Shown here: positions 49,101 to 57,651 of the stretch, in pieces
How positions within the stretch are numbered: the stretch's first letter is position 1
Layout: every line of letters begins with the position of its first letter
Assembly (NCBI GenBank): GCA_947089765.1
Contig: CAMULM010000001.1
Span: forward strand, 139,756-203,755
Length of the DNA stretch: 64,000 nucleotides
Direction of reading: 5' to 3'
Source: an uncultured Roseburia sp.
Lineage (GTDB): Bacteria > Bacillota > Clostridia > Lachnospirales > Lachnospiraceae
Notes under the pieces: generated by a model
Database searches by the model: none
What the model was told of the DNA's origin: nothing
Seen by the model: the letters and a program-made list of their open reading frames with translations, nothing else
Translations under genes and position numbers: made by a program

Positions 49101-49585
49101 GCATTTTCTATTACCATGTCAATGATCCGATGGTTGAAGCAGATGAAACGCTTGTAGAGGAAGAATTAAATGAAAAAATATTCCGTGAGTTAAAGCTAAA
49201 CGGCGTTGTCAATGCAGACAGGGACGTGATCGAAAGTTTGGATGTTTCTCTTAGAGAAGGAGAGGGCAAAAATTCCAGCGTAATTCCGGTTGGAATTAAC
49301 AAAGACGGCAGTTTGAAAAAGACTTCCAAAACTTTGACGGCAGAAGACTTTGGGGCGCTGTCCTCTTATGTCAATGAGACGATACTGCATTTGGGACAGC
49401 GCATAATTCAGGGGGATATTGGCTCAAACCCGTATTCGCTGGACGGGAAGACAGGCTGTGATTACTGTGAGTTCAAAAGCGTCTGCCAATTTGACGTAAG
49501 GGCGCCGGGATATGCGTACCGGAAATTAGAGGAGCTGTCCGAGGAGGAACTTTTATTCAGGATTAGAGAGAAAAAGGAGAAGTGA
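46148..49585 (+). CDS. addB: ATP-dependent helicase/deoxyribonuclease subunit B (AddB/RexB) with C-terminal Fe-S nuclease domain
   Basis: N-terminal Walker A GNSGSGKTHF. C-terminal Cys cluster (CAFAHF ... CDYCEFKSVC). Start 46148 (aaggataaggga RBS) rather than the 46091 ATG that lies in the promoter. Confidence 0.85.
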   Translation: MALQFIFGNSGSGKTHFISHKVVELAADSPKKNFLFLVPEQFTLQTQRELAAVHKNHSILNIDVLSFNRLAYRIFDELGSFRGQVLEETGKNLVLRRVAEEKADELTVLKKNITKMGYIEELKSLISELSQYNVAPSQLLDASENILDGSFSHKLHDVQIMYQGFLDFLEGRFVTAEEILELLTDVAGQSEILKGSVIFFDGFTGFTPIQNLLLNRLFAIAEEVYVTVTIDVRESFYQCAGSHELFAMSKKMIKSLREMADRIHIPVREPIVLPHSKESRFGHSKELLFLEQNLFRQKGTRFTLSDEPDLKLYSFKNPRAELHFVAREINRLTQEGFHYREIAVVCGDLAGYANYAKEVFAKYRIPLFLDQKSTALFHPFVEFLRAALETVLYDFSMESIFRYLRSGLSQIPDKEVDILENYCLAAGIRGYRKWKEAFCYLPKGYDEESLMAVNEIREKAAGQFADFYDIMKEKNLTVEQRTKAFYRFICDRDAERQLKQRELAYEQAGDLKNAKEYAQIYQIIMDLFDKMAELLGGETIPLEEYARILDSGYEAAKVGIIPPGYDRLVFGDIERTRLEHIKALFFVGVNDGIIPKAQGADGILSAAEREQLAGFNLELAPTVREQTFIQKFYLYLTLTKPSEKLYLSYARVSGDGSAMRSSYLIHTILKLYENLSICEVEDEPFLERIATPESSRGLLVEGLQSAAEWKRKKREDEIRCWSALCRWYLSKEEWRQEAKRLFEAAKYVYADMPISASVTKALYGVELENSVTRLENFASCAFAHFLTYGLNLKERIESGFYAVDYGNIFHDALQLFAEGIRQNNYSWHTITKEESESLLEESMALALEKNHNLALYENARSNYAKERMRRILKRTVHALLYQVRQGRFTPDEFEVSFSYTEDLNAVNFRLSEEERMRLRGRIDRIDTLKENEKLYVKIIDYKSGNASFQFLNVYHGLQLQLVVYMNAALELMEKRYPEITAVPAGIFYYHVNDPMVEADETLVEEELNEKIFRELKLNGVVNADRDVIESLDVSLREGEGKNSSVIPVGINKDGSLKKTSKTLTAEDFGALSSYVNETILHLGQRIIQGDIGSNPYSLDGKTGCDYCEFKSVCQFDVRAPGYAYRKLEELSEEELLFRIREKKEK

Positions 49586-49586
49586 C

Positions 49587-52500
49587 ATGGACTGGACAAC
49601 CGAACAAAAGCAGGTAATTACCTTAAGGGACAGGAATATCTTGGTTTCCGCCGCGGCGGGAAGCGGCAAAACAGCCGTTTTGGTTGAGCGGATCATTGGC
49701 AGGATTTTAGATCAAACGCATCCAATGGATATTGACCGTATGCTGGTTGTGACATTTACTTCCGCCGCCGCCGCGGAAATGCGGGAGCGTATCGGAGCGG
49801 CGATAGAAACTGCATTGGAGGAAAATCCTTACGACAGCCATCTGCAAAAGCAGGCGGCTCTTGTGCATCACGCGCAGATTACGACAATCCATAGTTTTTG
49901 CCTGTATTTAATCCGCAGTTATTTCCACCGCGTTGATTTAGAGCCGAATTTTCGGATTGCGGAAGAAGGAGAGCTGAATCTGCTTCGGGAAGACGTCATG
50001 GCAGAGGTTTTAAATAAAAATTATGAGGAAGCAGGCGAATCCTTTCTGCGTTTTGTGGAATGTTTTGCAGTTGGGAAAACAGATGAAAAATTAAAAGATA
50101 TGACGTTAAAAATGTATCAGTTTGCCATGAGCAACCCATGGCCAAAAGAATGGCTTGATAAAGCATCGGCGGACTATCAGTTTCAGACATTTGAGGAACT
50201 GGAGCAAAAGCCATTTATGAAGGCTCTGATGGATTATTTACAAAAAATGTTAGAAAGCATAAGCGCTATCGCGCAGAGCAATATCAGGCTGGCAAGCGAG
50301 CCCGACGGGCCGGATTATTTGAAAGAGACGGCAGAGCGGGACGCTTTGCGTATCCGGCATTTGGCAAACGCTTCAGATTACCGGAGCATATCTGCGCTGG
50401 CGGCAGGCTTTTCTTTGGACAGGCTGCCGTCAAAACGGGGGTATGAAGGAAGCATTGAAAAATTAGAATTGTTGAAGGAACAGCGGGATACGATTAAGTC
50501 CGCCATGAAAAAAATGAAAACGGAGTTCTTTTTTGCAGACGAAGACGCATTGATGGAACGTATGTGGCAGATGGCTCCAGTTGCCGGAGAACTGACGCGT
50601 CTGACAGCGGAATTTATCGATGCGTTTGAGAAAAAGAAACGTGAAAAAAATATTTTGGATTTTGATGATTTAGAGCATTTTGCATTAAAAATCCTGCTTG
50701 ATGAGGAGACAAAAGAGCCGACAGAAGCCGCGATCCAATGCAGGAAACTATTTGAAGAAGTGATGATTGATGAGTATCAGGACAGCAATCTTGTCCAAGA
50801 ATGTCTGATGCGGGCTGTTTCGAGAGAGGAGACGGGAGAATTTAACCGCTTTATGGTCGGGGACGTGAAACAGAGCATTTACCGCTTCCGTCTGGCAAGA
50901 CCAGAGCTGTTTATGGAAAAATATGAAACTTACACAAAGGAAGCTTCTTCCTGCCAGAAAATAGAATTGCATAAAAACTTTAGGAGCCGTGTAGAGACGC
51001 TTGATTTTGCGAATGGGATCTTTTATCAGATTATGAAAAAAGATCTGGGGAATATTGAATACAACGATGCCGCCGCCCTCTATTGCGGAGCCGTCTATCC
51101 CGAAAGCGGCTCCATGCAGGCGGAACTTATCGTTTCTGACAGTCAGGACGAATTTGCCGCAGAAGCGGGACTTTCTGATCCGATCCGTCTTGAAGCGGAA
51201 ATTGTTTCTTCGAGAATCCGGAGAATGATGAAAGAGCAGCAGGTAACAGACAAGAAGACAGGAAAGCTCCGCCCGATCCGCTATTCCGACATTGTTATTT
51301 TGCTTCGCAGTTTTGGGAATTATGCCGACACATTTTTAGAAGTGTTTGGGCAAAAGAAAATCCCTGCCCATGCAACGTCAAAGACCGGATATTTTCAGGC
51401 ACCGGAGATTCAGACAATTTTAAGTCTGCTTCGGATACTGGATAATCCAAGGCAGGATATTCCGCTTGCGGCGGTGATGCGTTCGCCCATTGGAGGATTT
51501 ACCGATGAAGAACTAGCCATTTTAAAAACAGCCGGAATGAAAAAAGCATTTCATTGCTGTGTATTGGAATCCGATGCATCCAGTCTTTCGGAGGGCTTAT
51601 ATGGCAAGTTAAACTGTTTTTTAGAGGAACTGTCCAAATTCCGCGCCCTTGTGCCTGCGCTTCCAATTCATGAACTGCTGTACCGGATTTTAGAGGAAAC
51701 CGGATACGCCCGTTATGCGGCGGCTATGCCAAATGGGACGAAAAAAAAGGCAAATATTGAAATGTTGTTAGAGAAAGCCGCCGCATATGAGAAAACAAGT
51801 TACCGTGGTTTGTTCCATTTTATCCGTTACATTGACAGATTACAGAAATATCAGGTGGATTACGGGGAAGCGGACGTAGTGGCTGAAAATGCCAATGCAG
51901 TCAGGATTATGACGATTCATAAAAGCAAGGGTTTGGAATTTCCCGTCGTTTTTTTGTGCGGCGCAGCAAAAATGTTTAACCGTATGGATGCCAGAAGCAG
52001 TTTGATTATCCATCCGGATTTAGGGGCGGCGTTAGAATATATTGATCCAGAGCTTCGCATCCGCGGCGCAACTCTTTATAAAAAAGCGGCGGCAAAGCAG
52101 TTAGAGCTGGAAAATTCTGGTGAGGAGCTCCGCGCGCTTTACGTCGCGCTTACCCGTGCCAAAGAAAAACTGGTGGTAACAGGCGTATCGAAAGATATGA
52201 AGAAACGGCTGGAAAAAATGAAACGGCAGGAAAGGCAGCCGTTATCCTTTTTTCAGCGGGCGGGCGCAAATTCTTATTTGGACTGGCTTTTGCCGGCTGT
52301 GGCGGCGGCAGGTTTTACGGATCTCCTTCAAGTATGGAACGTGACTGATTTGGTGGAAGAAGAAGCGGAAGACAAATTGGACGAGGCTGAAGGCATAAGC
52401 GCGCTTTTGTCAGACTTTTCCAAGCCAAACGAAAAGTTTGATGCATATGTTGATCGGAAGTTGTCTTATAACTATCCAGATATAGTGGAAACGACGCGTA

Positions 52501-53165
52501 AAACAAAATATTCCGTATCCGAATTAAAGCACAGATCGGCTCTGGCGGTGTATGAACCGGAGGAATTGCCTGTAGGGCAAGAGAAAATGGAGGAATACGC
52601 GCCTTATATCCCACGTTTTGCCGGAGGGGAAACGGAACGAAGTTTTGGGACGCTATATGGAAACGCGATGCATCGCGCGGTGGAATGCCTTCCAATTGAA
52701 CAGATTGCCGGAAAGCCGGATCTGGAAGAACTCTTGGAACAATGGTTAAACAGGCTGACGGAATCCGGAAAAATCAATGAAGAAGCGCGGTCTTACATAC
52801 AGATGCCAAAATTAGTCTGTTTTTATAAGTCCCCTCTGGCTTTCCGTATGAAACAAGCGGCAAAAGAAAAGGAGCTTTATACGGAACAGCCTTTTGTTAT
52901 GGGACGGCCCGCAGATGAAATTGAGCATGACGGAAGCAATACCATGGTGTTAATTCAGGGAATTATTGACGCTTTCTTTATCGAGAAAGACGGCATTGTT
53001 TTAATTGATTATAAAACGGACAGAGTGAAAACGAAAGAAGAATTGATACGGCGGTATCGAAAGCAGCTTGAACTTTATCAGGAAGCTTTGGAACAAAATC
53101 TGGGCAAAAAAGTCAAAGAAAAAATTATTTACTCGTTTGCGCTTGGCGGGGAAGTTGTGATTTAA
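49587..53165 (+). CDS. addA: ATP-dependent helicase/nuclease subunit A (AddA/RexA), UvrD-like helicase plus PD-(D/E)xK nuclease
   Basis: Walker A AAAGSGKTAVLVERI. UvrD motifs (VDEYQDSN, IMTIHKSKGLEFPVVF). C-terminal nuclease block IQGIIDAF...IDYKTD. Starts 1 nt after the addB stop. Confidence 0.9.
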   Translation: MDWTTEQKQVITLRDRNILVSAAAGSGKTAVLVERIIGRILDQTHPMDIDRMLVVTFTSAAAAEMRERIGAAIETALEENPYDSHLQKQAALVHHAQITTIHSFCLYLIRSYFHRVDLEPNFRIAEEGELNLLREDVMAEVLNKNYEEAGESFLRFVECFAVGKTDEKLKDMTLKMYQFAMSNPWPKEWLDKASADYQFQTFEELEQKPFMKALMDYLQKMLESISAIAQSNIRLASEPDGPDYLKETAERDALRIRHLANASDYRSISALAAGFSLDRLPSKRGYEGSIEKLELLKEQRDTIKSAMKKMKTEFFFADEDALMERMWQMAPVAGELTRLTAEFIDAFEKKKREKNILDFDDLEHFALKILLDEETKEPTEAAIQCRKLFEEVMIDEYQDSNLVQECLMRAVSREETGEFNRFMVGDVKQSIYRFRLARPELFMEKYETYTKEASSCQKIELHKNFRSRVETLDFANGIFYQIMKKDLGNIEYNDAAALYCGAVYPESGSMQAELIVSDSQDEFAAEAGLSDPIRLEAEIVSSRIRRMMKEQQVTDKKTGKLRPIRYSDIVILLRSFGNYADTFLEVFGQKKIPAHATSKTGYFQAPEIQTILSLLRILDNPRQDIPLAAVMRSPIGGFTDEELAILKTAGMKKAFHCCVLESDASSLSEGLYGKLNCFLEELSKFRALVPALPIHELLYRILEETGYARYAAAMPNGTKKKANIEMLLEKAAAYEKTSYRGLFHFIRYIDRLQKYQVDYGEADVVAENANAVRIMTIHKSKGLEFPVVFLCGAAKMFNRMDARSSLIIHPDLGAALEYIDPELRIRGATLYKKAAAKQLELENSGEELRALYVALTRAKEKLVVTGVSKDMKKRLEKMKRQERQPLSFFQRAGANSYLDWLLPAVAAAGFTDLLQVWNVTDLVEEEAEDKLDEAEGISALLSDFSKPNEKFDAYVDRKLSYNYPDIVETTRKTKYSVSELKHRSALAVYEPEELPVGQEKMEEYAPYIPRFAGGETERSFGTLYGNAMHRAVECLPIEQIAGKPDLEELLEQWLNRLTESGKINEEARSYIQMPKLVCFYKSPLAFRMKQAAKEKELYTEQPFVMGRPADEIEHDGSNTMVLIQGIIDAFFIEKDGIVLIDYKTDRVKTKEELIRRYRKQLELYQEALEQNLGKKVKEKIIYSFALGGEVVI

Positions 53166-53291
53166 CTGATGAAAACATACTTTTTTCATATTTTCATCAA
53201 AATCTTAACATAAATTCGCCATATACTTACTTTTGTAAACGAAAACAGAAGAAAGCAGGATAAAGGGTTTTAAGAAAGGAGCGTTTTTTAT

Positions 53292-54494
53292 ATGGGAAGT
53301 TCAAAATTTATGGGTAAGGTAACGAAATGCGCGGCTCTGGCTCTGGTGTTTGGAGTGGTTGGAGGAACAGCGTTTTCCGGAGCGAATTATTTTATGGAAA
53401 GTAATCTCTTTGCAGATGGAAAAGAAGTGACTGAGGAGGGAAAGACGATTGATTCCGACAAGATTCAGCCGGTGAGCACAGGGGCGACTTCCGCTTCCAC
53501 AGATATTTCAGGCGTGGTAAAAGACGTTATGCCATCGATTGTATCTATTACGAGCATGACGCAGCAGGAAATTTTAAGCTTTTTTGGACAGAACAGAATG
53601 TTTGAAAGTGAGAGCAGCGGTTCCGGAATTTTGATTGATAAAGATGACGAGTATTTGTATGTTGCGACGAATAATCATGTGGTAGAAGGCGCGAATGCTT
53701 TGACGGTGCAGTTTTCCGATGAGACGACGGCTCCCGCAACGGTGCGCGGCACAGATCCGGCCGATGATTTGGCGGTTGTCCAGATAAAGCTGTCAGATTT
53801 GACAGAGGAAACTTTGAAAACAATACAACTTGCGGTTATGGGCGATTCGGAAAAGATTTCTGTCGGGGATTCCGCGATCGCTATCGGTAACGCGTTAGGG
53901 TACGGTCAGTCGGTGACAACTGGCGTGATTAGCGCATTAGGGCGTGAGGTGACATTTCAGGATGAATCTACCGGAGAGACCGTAATGAGCCGTCTGATTC
54001 AGACGGATGCGGCAATTAATCCGGGCAACAGCGGCGGAGCGCTGATTAATACAAAAGGCGAGGTAATCGGGATTAATTCTTCAAAATATTCAGATACGAA
54101 GGTAGAGGGTATGGGCTTTGCGATTCCAATCGCGACGGCAGGCCCGATTTTGGAAGATTTGGTTGCAAACGGGAAAGTGACGACGACAGGCAGCCCATAT
54201 CTTGGCATTTATGGAAAAGAGGTAACGGAAGAAGTTTCCAGCCAGTACCAGATGCCGCGTGGCGTTTATGTTGCGCAGGTGATTGAAGGCGGCGGAGCCG
54301 AGGCAGCCGGCATAATCGAGGGCAATATTATTACGAAAGTGGGAGATAAGGAAATCGTGTCCATGGACGATTTAAAAGAGGCGCTCAGGGATTATCAGGT
54401 TGGAGATGCGGTAATGGTTACAGTTCAGGTAGCGGACAACGGCGGGTATTTGGAAAAGGAGGTTTCCGTTTCATTAACGGCAAGGACGGATTGA
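53292..54494 (+). CDS. htrA: HtrA/DegP-family trypsin-like serine protease with C-terminal PDZ domain
   Basis: N-terminal TM anchor. Catalytic triad context (ATNNHVVEGA, DLAVVQIK, GNSGGALIN). PDZ-like GAEAAGIIEGNIITKVGDKEI. Confidence 0.85.
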   Translation: MGSSKFMGKVTKCAALALVFGVVGGTAFSGANYFMESNLFADGKEVTEEGKTIDSDKIQPVSTGATSASTDISGVVKDVMPSIVSITSMTQQEILSFFGQNRMFESESSGSGILIDKDDEYLYVATNNHVVEGANALTVQFSDETTAPATVRGTDPADDLAVVQIKLSDLTEETLKTIQLAVMGDSEKISVGDSAIAIGNALGYGQSVTTGVISALGREVTFQDESTGETVMSRLIQTDAAINPGNSGGALINTKGEVIGINSSKYSDTKVEGMGFAIPIATAGPILEDLVANGKVTTTGSPYLGIYGKEVTEEVSSQYQMPRGVYVAQVIEGGGAEAAGIIEGNIITKVGDKEIVSMDDLKEALRDYQVGDAVMVTVQVADNGGYLEKEVSVSLTARTD

Positions 54495-54552
54495 TGGTTT
54501 GGCTTTTGGCATAGTCCTAGCTTTTACTGCAAATTAGAATAAGAAAGGCAAA

Positions 54553-54588
54553 AAAACCCTTGAAAATAATATATTTTCAAGGGTTTTC
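54553..54588. terminator. Bidirectional terminator after htrA
   Basis: aacccttgaaaata-atat-tattttcaagggtt with A-run before and T-run after. Confidence 0.6.
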
Positions 54589-54757
54589 CATAATTTGCTA
54601 TGTTGATGATTATCTCCTGCATAAGTTCAAAGCCTTATTTTTCGGCAATCATAAACATTCATATTCACTCACTTAGGTTTATTCAGGCTGTTTAATGTAT
54701 GATTTATGTCCATCAAAACAATCCGGATTCCTCTTTTATTTAGTCTGATCACCTTTT

Positions 54758-55063
54758 TCACAATACATTTATTTCTGCCGTCAGTTTATCATTTATCTTG
54801 ACCGGCACAGTATTGTTTTCAATCATATACTGACAGTCAATATATTCTTTACTTACAGGACAAACATTCTGAATTAAAAAAGCTCTATATTTACCATTTA
54901 CATATCCGAATCGTAAACCATCGTATTCCTTATAATGTTTTTTCTTTTTATTATATAAATATCTTATACTTTTCCGTTTTAGATGATATAGGAACCATCC
55001 ATAAATATCCTTCCATTTCAAAACAATAAAAACAGGGTCTCCCATGTACACCCTTTTCATCAT
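54758..55063 (-). CDS. Hypothetical small Lys/Tyr-rich protein in an AT-rich region
   Basis: ORF only; low GC. No recognisable motif and no obvious RBS (aagggtgtacatggg). May be non-coding. Confidence 0.25.
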   Translation of the reverse strand: MMKRVYMGDPVFIVLKWKDIYGWFLYHLKRKSIRYLYNKKKKHYKEYDGLRFGYVNGKYRAFLIQNVCPVSKEYIDCQYMIENNTVPVKINDKLTAEINVL

Positions 55064-55159
55064 TATCTTTATTTCCCATCAATCCACAATTTGGAAAGCA
55101 TTATAATATTCATCCTTAATAAAATAAAAGTTACCTGTATTCAAATTATTTCCTATGTA

Positions 55160-55188
55160 CAAAAGCGCTCCGCTGTTAAGCGGAGCGT
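55160..55188 (-). terminator. Rho-independent terminator of the rplM-rpsI operon (minus strand)
   Basis: gcgctccgc-tgttaa-gcggagcg hairpin, followed on the minus strand by cttttgt. Confidence 0.5.
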
Positions 55189-55399
55189 AAATATTTGTAT
55201 CCCAGCCATTTGTTAGTCGCTCGCTGGGTAGCGAAAAATATTTGTATCTGCGCCTTTTCTATAAATGCCGATATGCAGTTCCGGCAGAATAATAAGAGGT
55301 TCATCTGAACTTCTTATTTACATTATATTCATTTTCTAATAAATATCCACTGGGATTTTATATAAAAAGAGATAAAATCCGTACTCGATATTCCTTTTC

Positions 55400-55798
55400 C
55401 TATCTCTTTGAGAACTGCGGAGCGCGACGAGCCGCCTTGAGGCCGTATTTCTTACGCTCTTTCATTCTTGGATCTCTGGTAAGATATCCGTTCGATTTAA
55501 GAACTGGACGATAGTCTGAATCTGCCTGAAGCAGCGCTCTTGCAATGCCGTGGCGGATTGCTCCTGCCTGACCGGTATAGCCGCCGCCTTTTACGTTTAC
55601 TAAAACGTCGAATTTATCAACAGTTTCTGTAGCCACTAATGGCTGGCGTACAATCACTTTTAAGGTTTCCAATCCTAAATAATCATCAATGTCTCTTTTA
55701 TTTATTGTAACTTTACCTGTTCCCGGAATTAAATATACTCTGGCAACAGATGATTTTCTTCTTCCTGTTCCATAATATCTTGCATTAGACACTTTCAC
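55400..55798 (-). CDS. rpsI: 30S ribosomal protein S9
   Basis: [19 protein letters not shown] and C-terminal [17 protein letters not shown] are invariant S9 signatures. Confidence 0.95.
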   Translation of the reverse strand: MKVSNARYYGTGRRKSSVARVYLIPGTGKVTINKRDIDDYLGLETLKVIVRQPLVATETVDKFDVLVNVKGGGYTGQAGAIRHGIARALLQADSDYRPVLKSNGYLTRDPRMKERKKYGLKAARRAPQFSKR

Positions 55799-55813
55799 TT
55801 ACCTCCTTACCGG

Positions 55814-56242
55814 TTAAAATGTTAAAACTTCTGGTTTCTGAGCTGCCTGTTTGTGTTCCGGCCCAACGTATACAAATAATTTTTTGTACATCTGCCTTCC
55901 CAAAGGCCCTTTTGGAAGCATTCCTTTTACTGCGCGCTCCATAACCCGTTCCGGATGTTTTGCTAACATTTCTTTTAATGTAGTTTCTTTCATGCCGCCT
56001 ACATAATCGGAGTGATGATAGTAAATCTTTTGATCTTTTTTCTTTCCGGTTACTTTTACTTTTTCGGCATTAACTACGATTACATAATCGCCGGTATCGA
56101 TATGCGGCGTAAAGATTGGTTTGTTTTTTCCTCTTAATATTTTAGCGACTTCAGATGCTAAACGTCCTAATGTCATTCCATCTGCATCCACGACATACCA
56201 TTTTCGGTCAATGGTAGCAGGGCTGGCCATAAATGTGTTCAT
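55814..56242 (-). CDS. rplM: 50S ribosomal protein L13
   Basis: [39 protein letters not shown] is the L13 N-terminus. GGAGG RBS 7 nt upstream of this ATG; the longer ORF to 56329 has no RBS and a non-homologous extension. Confidence 0.95.
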   Translation of the reverse strand: MNTFMASPATIDRKWYVVDADGMTLGRLASEVAKILRGKNKPIFTPHIDTGDYVIVVNAEKVKVTGKKKDQKIYYHHSDYVGGMKETTLKEMLAKHPERVMERAVKGMLPKGPLGRQMYKKLFVYVGPEHKQAAQKPEVLTF

Positions 56243-56394
56243 TGGTTTACCTCCTAAAATGAAAACTGTTGCATTTTGTCGTCGGCAGGCGTAAATCCCG
56301 TATGTCCGGACGTGATTCTTTGCCGCCATTGTTTATAGTCAAAATGAATGCCGGGGCTTTGGCGTTCATTTCTATACTGTTTACAGACTTTACT

Positions 56395-56423
56395 AGTATA
56401 TTACAGGTTTTTCCTAATGTCAA
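56395..56423 (-). promoter_or_regulatory. Sigma-A promoter for rplM-rpsI (TTGACA -17- TATACT) with an approximately 150-nt structured leader
   Basis: Minus strand: TTGACA (56418-56423), 17-nt spacer, TATACT (56395-56400). Confidence 0.55.
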
Positions 56424-56449
56424 GATTTTTCAAATGAAATCAGAATAAT

Positions 56450-56480
56450 GAACAGCAAAATAAAAAACGGCAGGGCATAA
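56450..56480 (-). terminator. Rho-independent terminator ending the four-gene cassette (minus strand)
   Basis: Minus-strand cggcagggttatgccctgccg hairpin followed by ttttttatttt, 20 nt after the stop of the gene at 56499. Confidence 0.65.
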
Positions 56481-56498
56481 CCCTGCCGCCGCTGCCGT

Positions 56499-57638
56499 TT
56501 AGGTTTCTGAGGGAGGATTGTTTTGATCCTCTTTTTTGAGTTCGATTCCTGAAATTAATTTGTTATAGTCTATTTTTTTCTGGCTGCATTGTCTGGAAAT
56601 TTCATCTGCATGTTTTTGCGCTTCGACGGACTGGTTCTGCGCTTCTGCAAGCAGGCTGTAATAATTAGATTCTTCTTTGGCATAGGAATCTAAACTGCCT
56701 GTGTCGCTTACGCTTTTTAGCGTAAATAAGCAGGAAAGCTCTGCCGCATCGGCAGGTTCCGTTTGGGCAGGTTTTGAAGCGAGCGATTTTACAGCGTTTG
56801 GAATTTGGGTCTGGAAAGTGTTCCAGTATGTATTTAACTGGTCAAGGTTTGCCTGTAGTTGTTCCGCTTCTTCTGTTTCATTTTTGTTGATAAGTTCCTG
56901 AAGTTTTAACTGGTATTGGTTTTGCTGCTGGCTGCCAATCCGTTTAAACTGCTGTAATTGTTCATTTAATGCTTTTTCGGCGGCGGACTGTTGGGTTTCT
57001 AAAAGCAGGATTTCCTGATTCAACGATTTGATTCTTTCGCTTCTGTCTTTTCGTTCTTCCGGCAGTTCCTGTCCGTTTGCATCTTTTATTTTCGAATCAA
57101 TAAGAGCTGGGGATACGGAAGCCGCCATCATATCAAGGACTCTGGCAAGGCCTTCCGGCGTCCCATGGTTGGTCGCCCGCACATCGACGTGGTATTTGGC
57201 GGAATTGTCCGTACTTCTAGTGTTGGAGCTATGGGAGCTGACGCTTCCGCTGATATTGACTTTTGCAATTCCAAGATTAATAGAGCCGGAAGCAGCCGCG
57301 CTTAAATCGGTTGCTTTTTCACTTTTTTCGCTTTCCTTGACTTCCATATCAAATAAGATATTCACTTCATCGACCTGAAGGTTTGGAATTGGGACAATTG
57401 CAAGCATTGGCACGTCGATTTTCATTTCGTCTTGATTTGTGGTGCCGTCTTCGTTATAAGATTTTTTCTCAAATTGGAACGAGGCTTTTCGTGTATTCCC
57501 TTTTTCGTCAAAGCCTACTTTATTGATAAATGACGCTGTGCTGTCTGCAAGCTGCATACTTGCATCTGCAGCCGCGCGTAAAGGCCCGCCGATAAGGTTT
57601 CCCATATCTAGGCCTGAAAACTGATCTCCGATCGCCAT
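56499..57638 (-). CDS. Uncharacterized protein B of the cassette: N-terminal approximately 180-aa domain (paralogous to gene 59734-60594) with Ser/Thr-rich loop, then approximately 200-aa Gln/Glu-rich coiled coil
   Basis: Start MAIGDQFSGLDMGNLIGGPL preceded by AAGGAGG at an 8-nt spacing (the upstream ATG at 57659 would place this RBS inside the coding sequence). Domain blocks align with gene A (see findings). Ser-rich ISGSVSSHSSNTRSTDNS. Heptad-like EQLQ... tail. Confidence 0.6.
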   Translation of the reverse strand: MAIGDQFSGLDMGNLIGGPLRAAADASMQLADSTASFINKVGFDEKGNTRKASFQFEKKSYNEDGTTNQDEMKIDVPMLAIVPIPNLQVDEVNILFDMEVKESEKSEKATDLSAAASGSINLGIAKVNISGSVSSHSSNTRSTDNSAKYHVDVRATNHGTPEGLARVLDMMAASVSPALIDSKIKDANGQELPEERKDRSERIKSLNQEILLLETQQSAAEKALNEQLQQFKRIGSQQQNQYQLKLQELINKNETEEAEQLQANLDQLNTYWNTFQTQIPNAVKSLASKPAQTEPADAAELSCLFTLKSVSDTGSLDSYAKEESNYYSLLAEAQNQSVEAQKHADEISRQCSQKKIDYNKLISGIELKKEDQNNPPSET

Positions 57639-57651
57639 AAGCGCTACCTCC

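Noticed and set aside
53166-53291. Weak A/T hairpin after addA (atgaaaa...ttttcat) as a terminator
   Set aside because: Stem is entirely A/T and only 7 bp. Not convincing as a rho-independent terminator.
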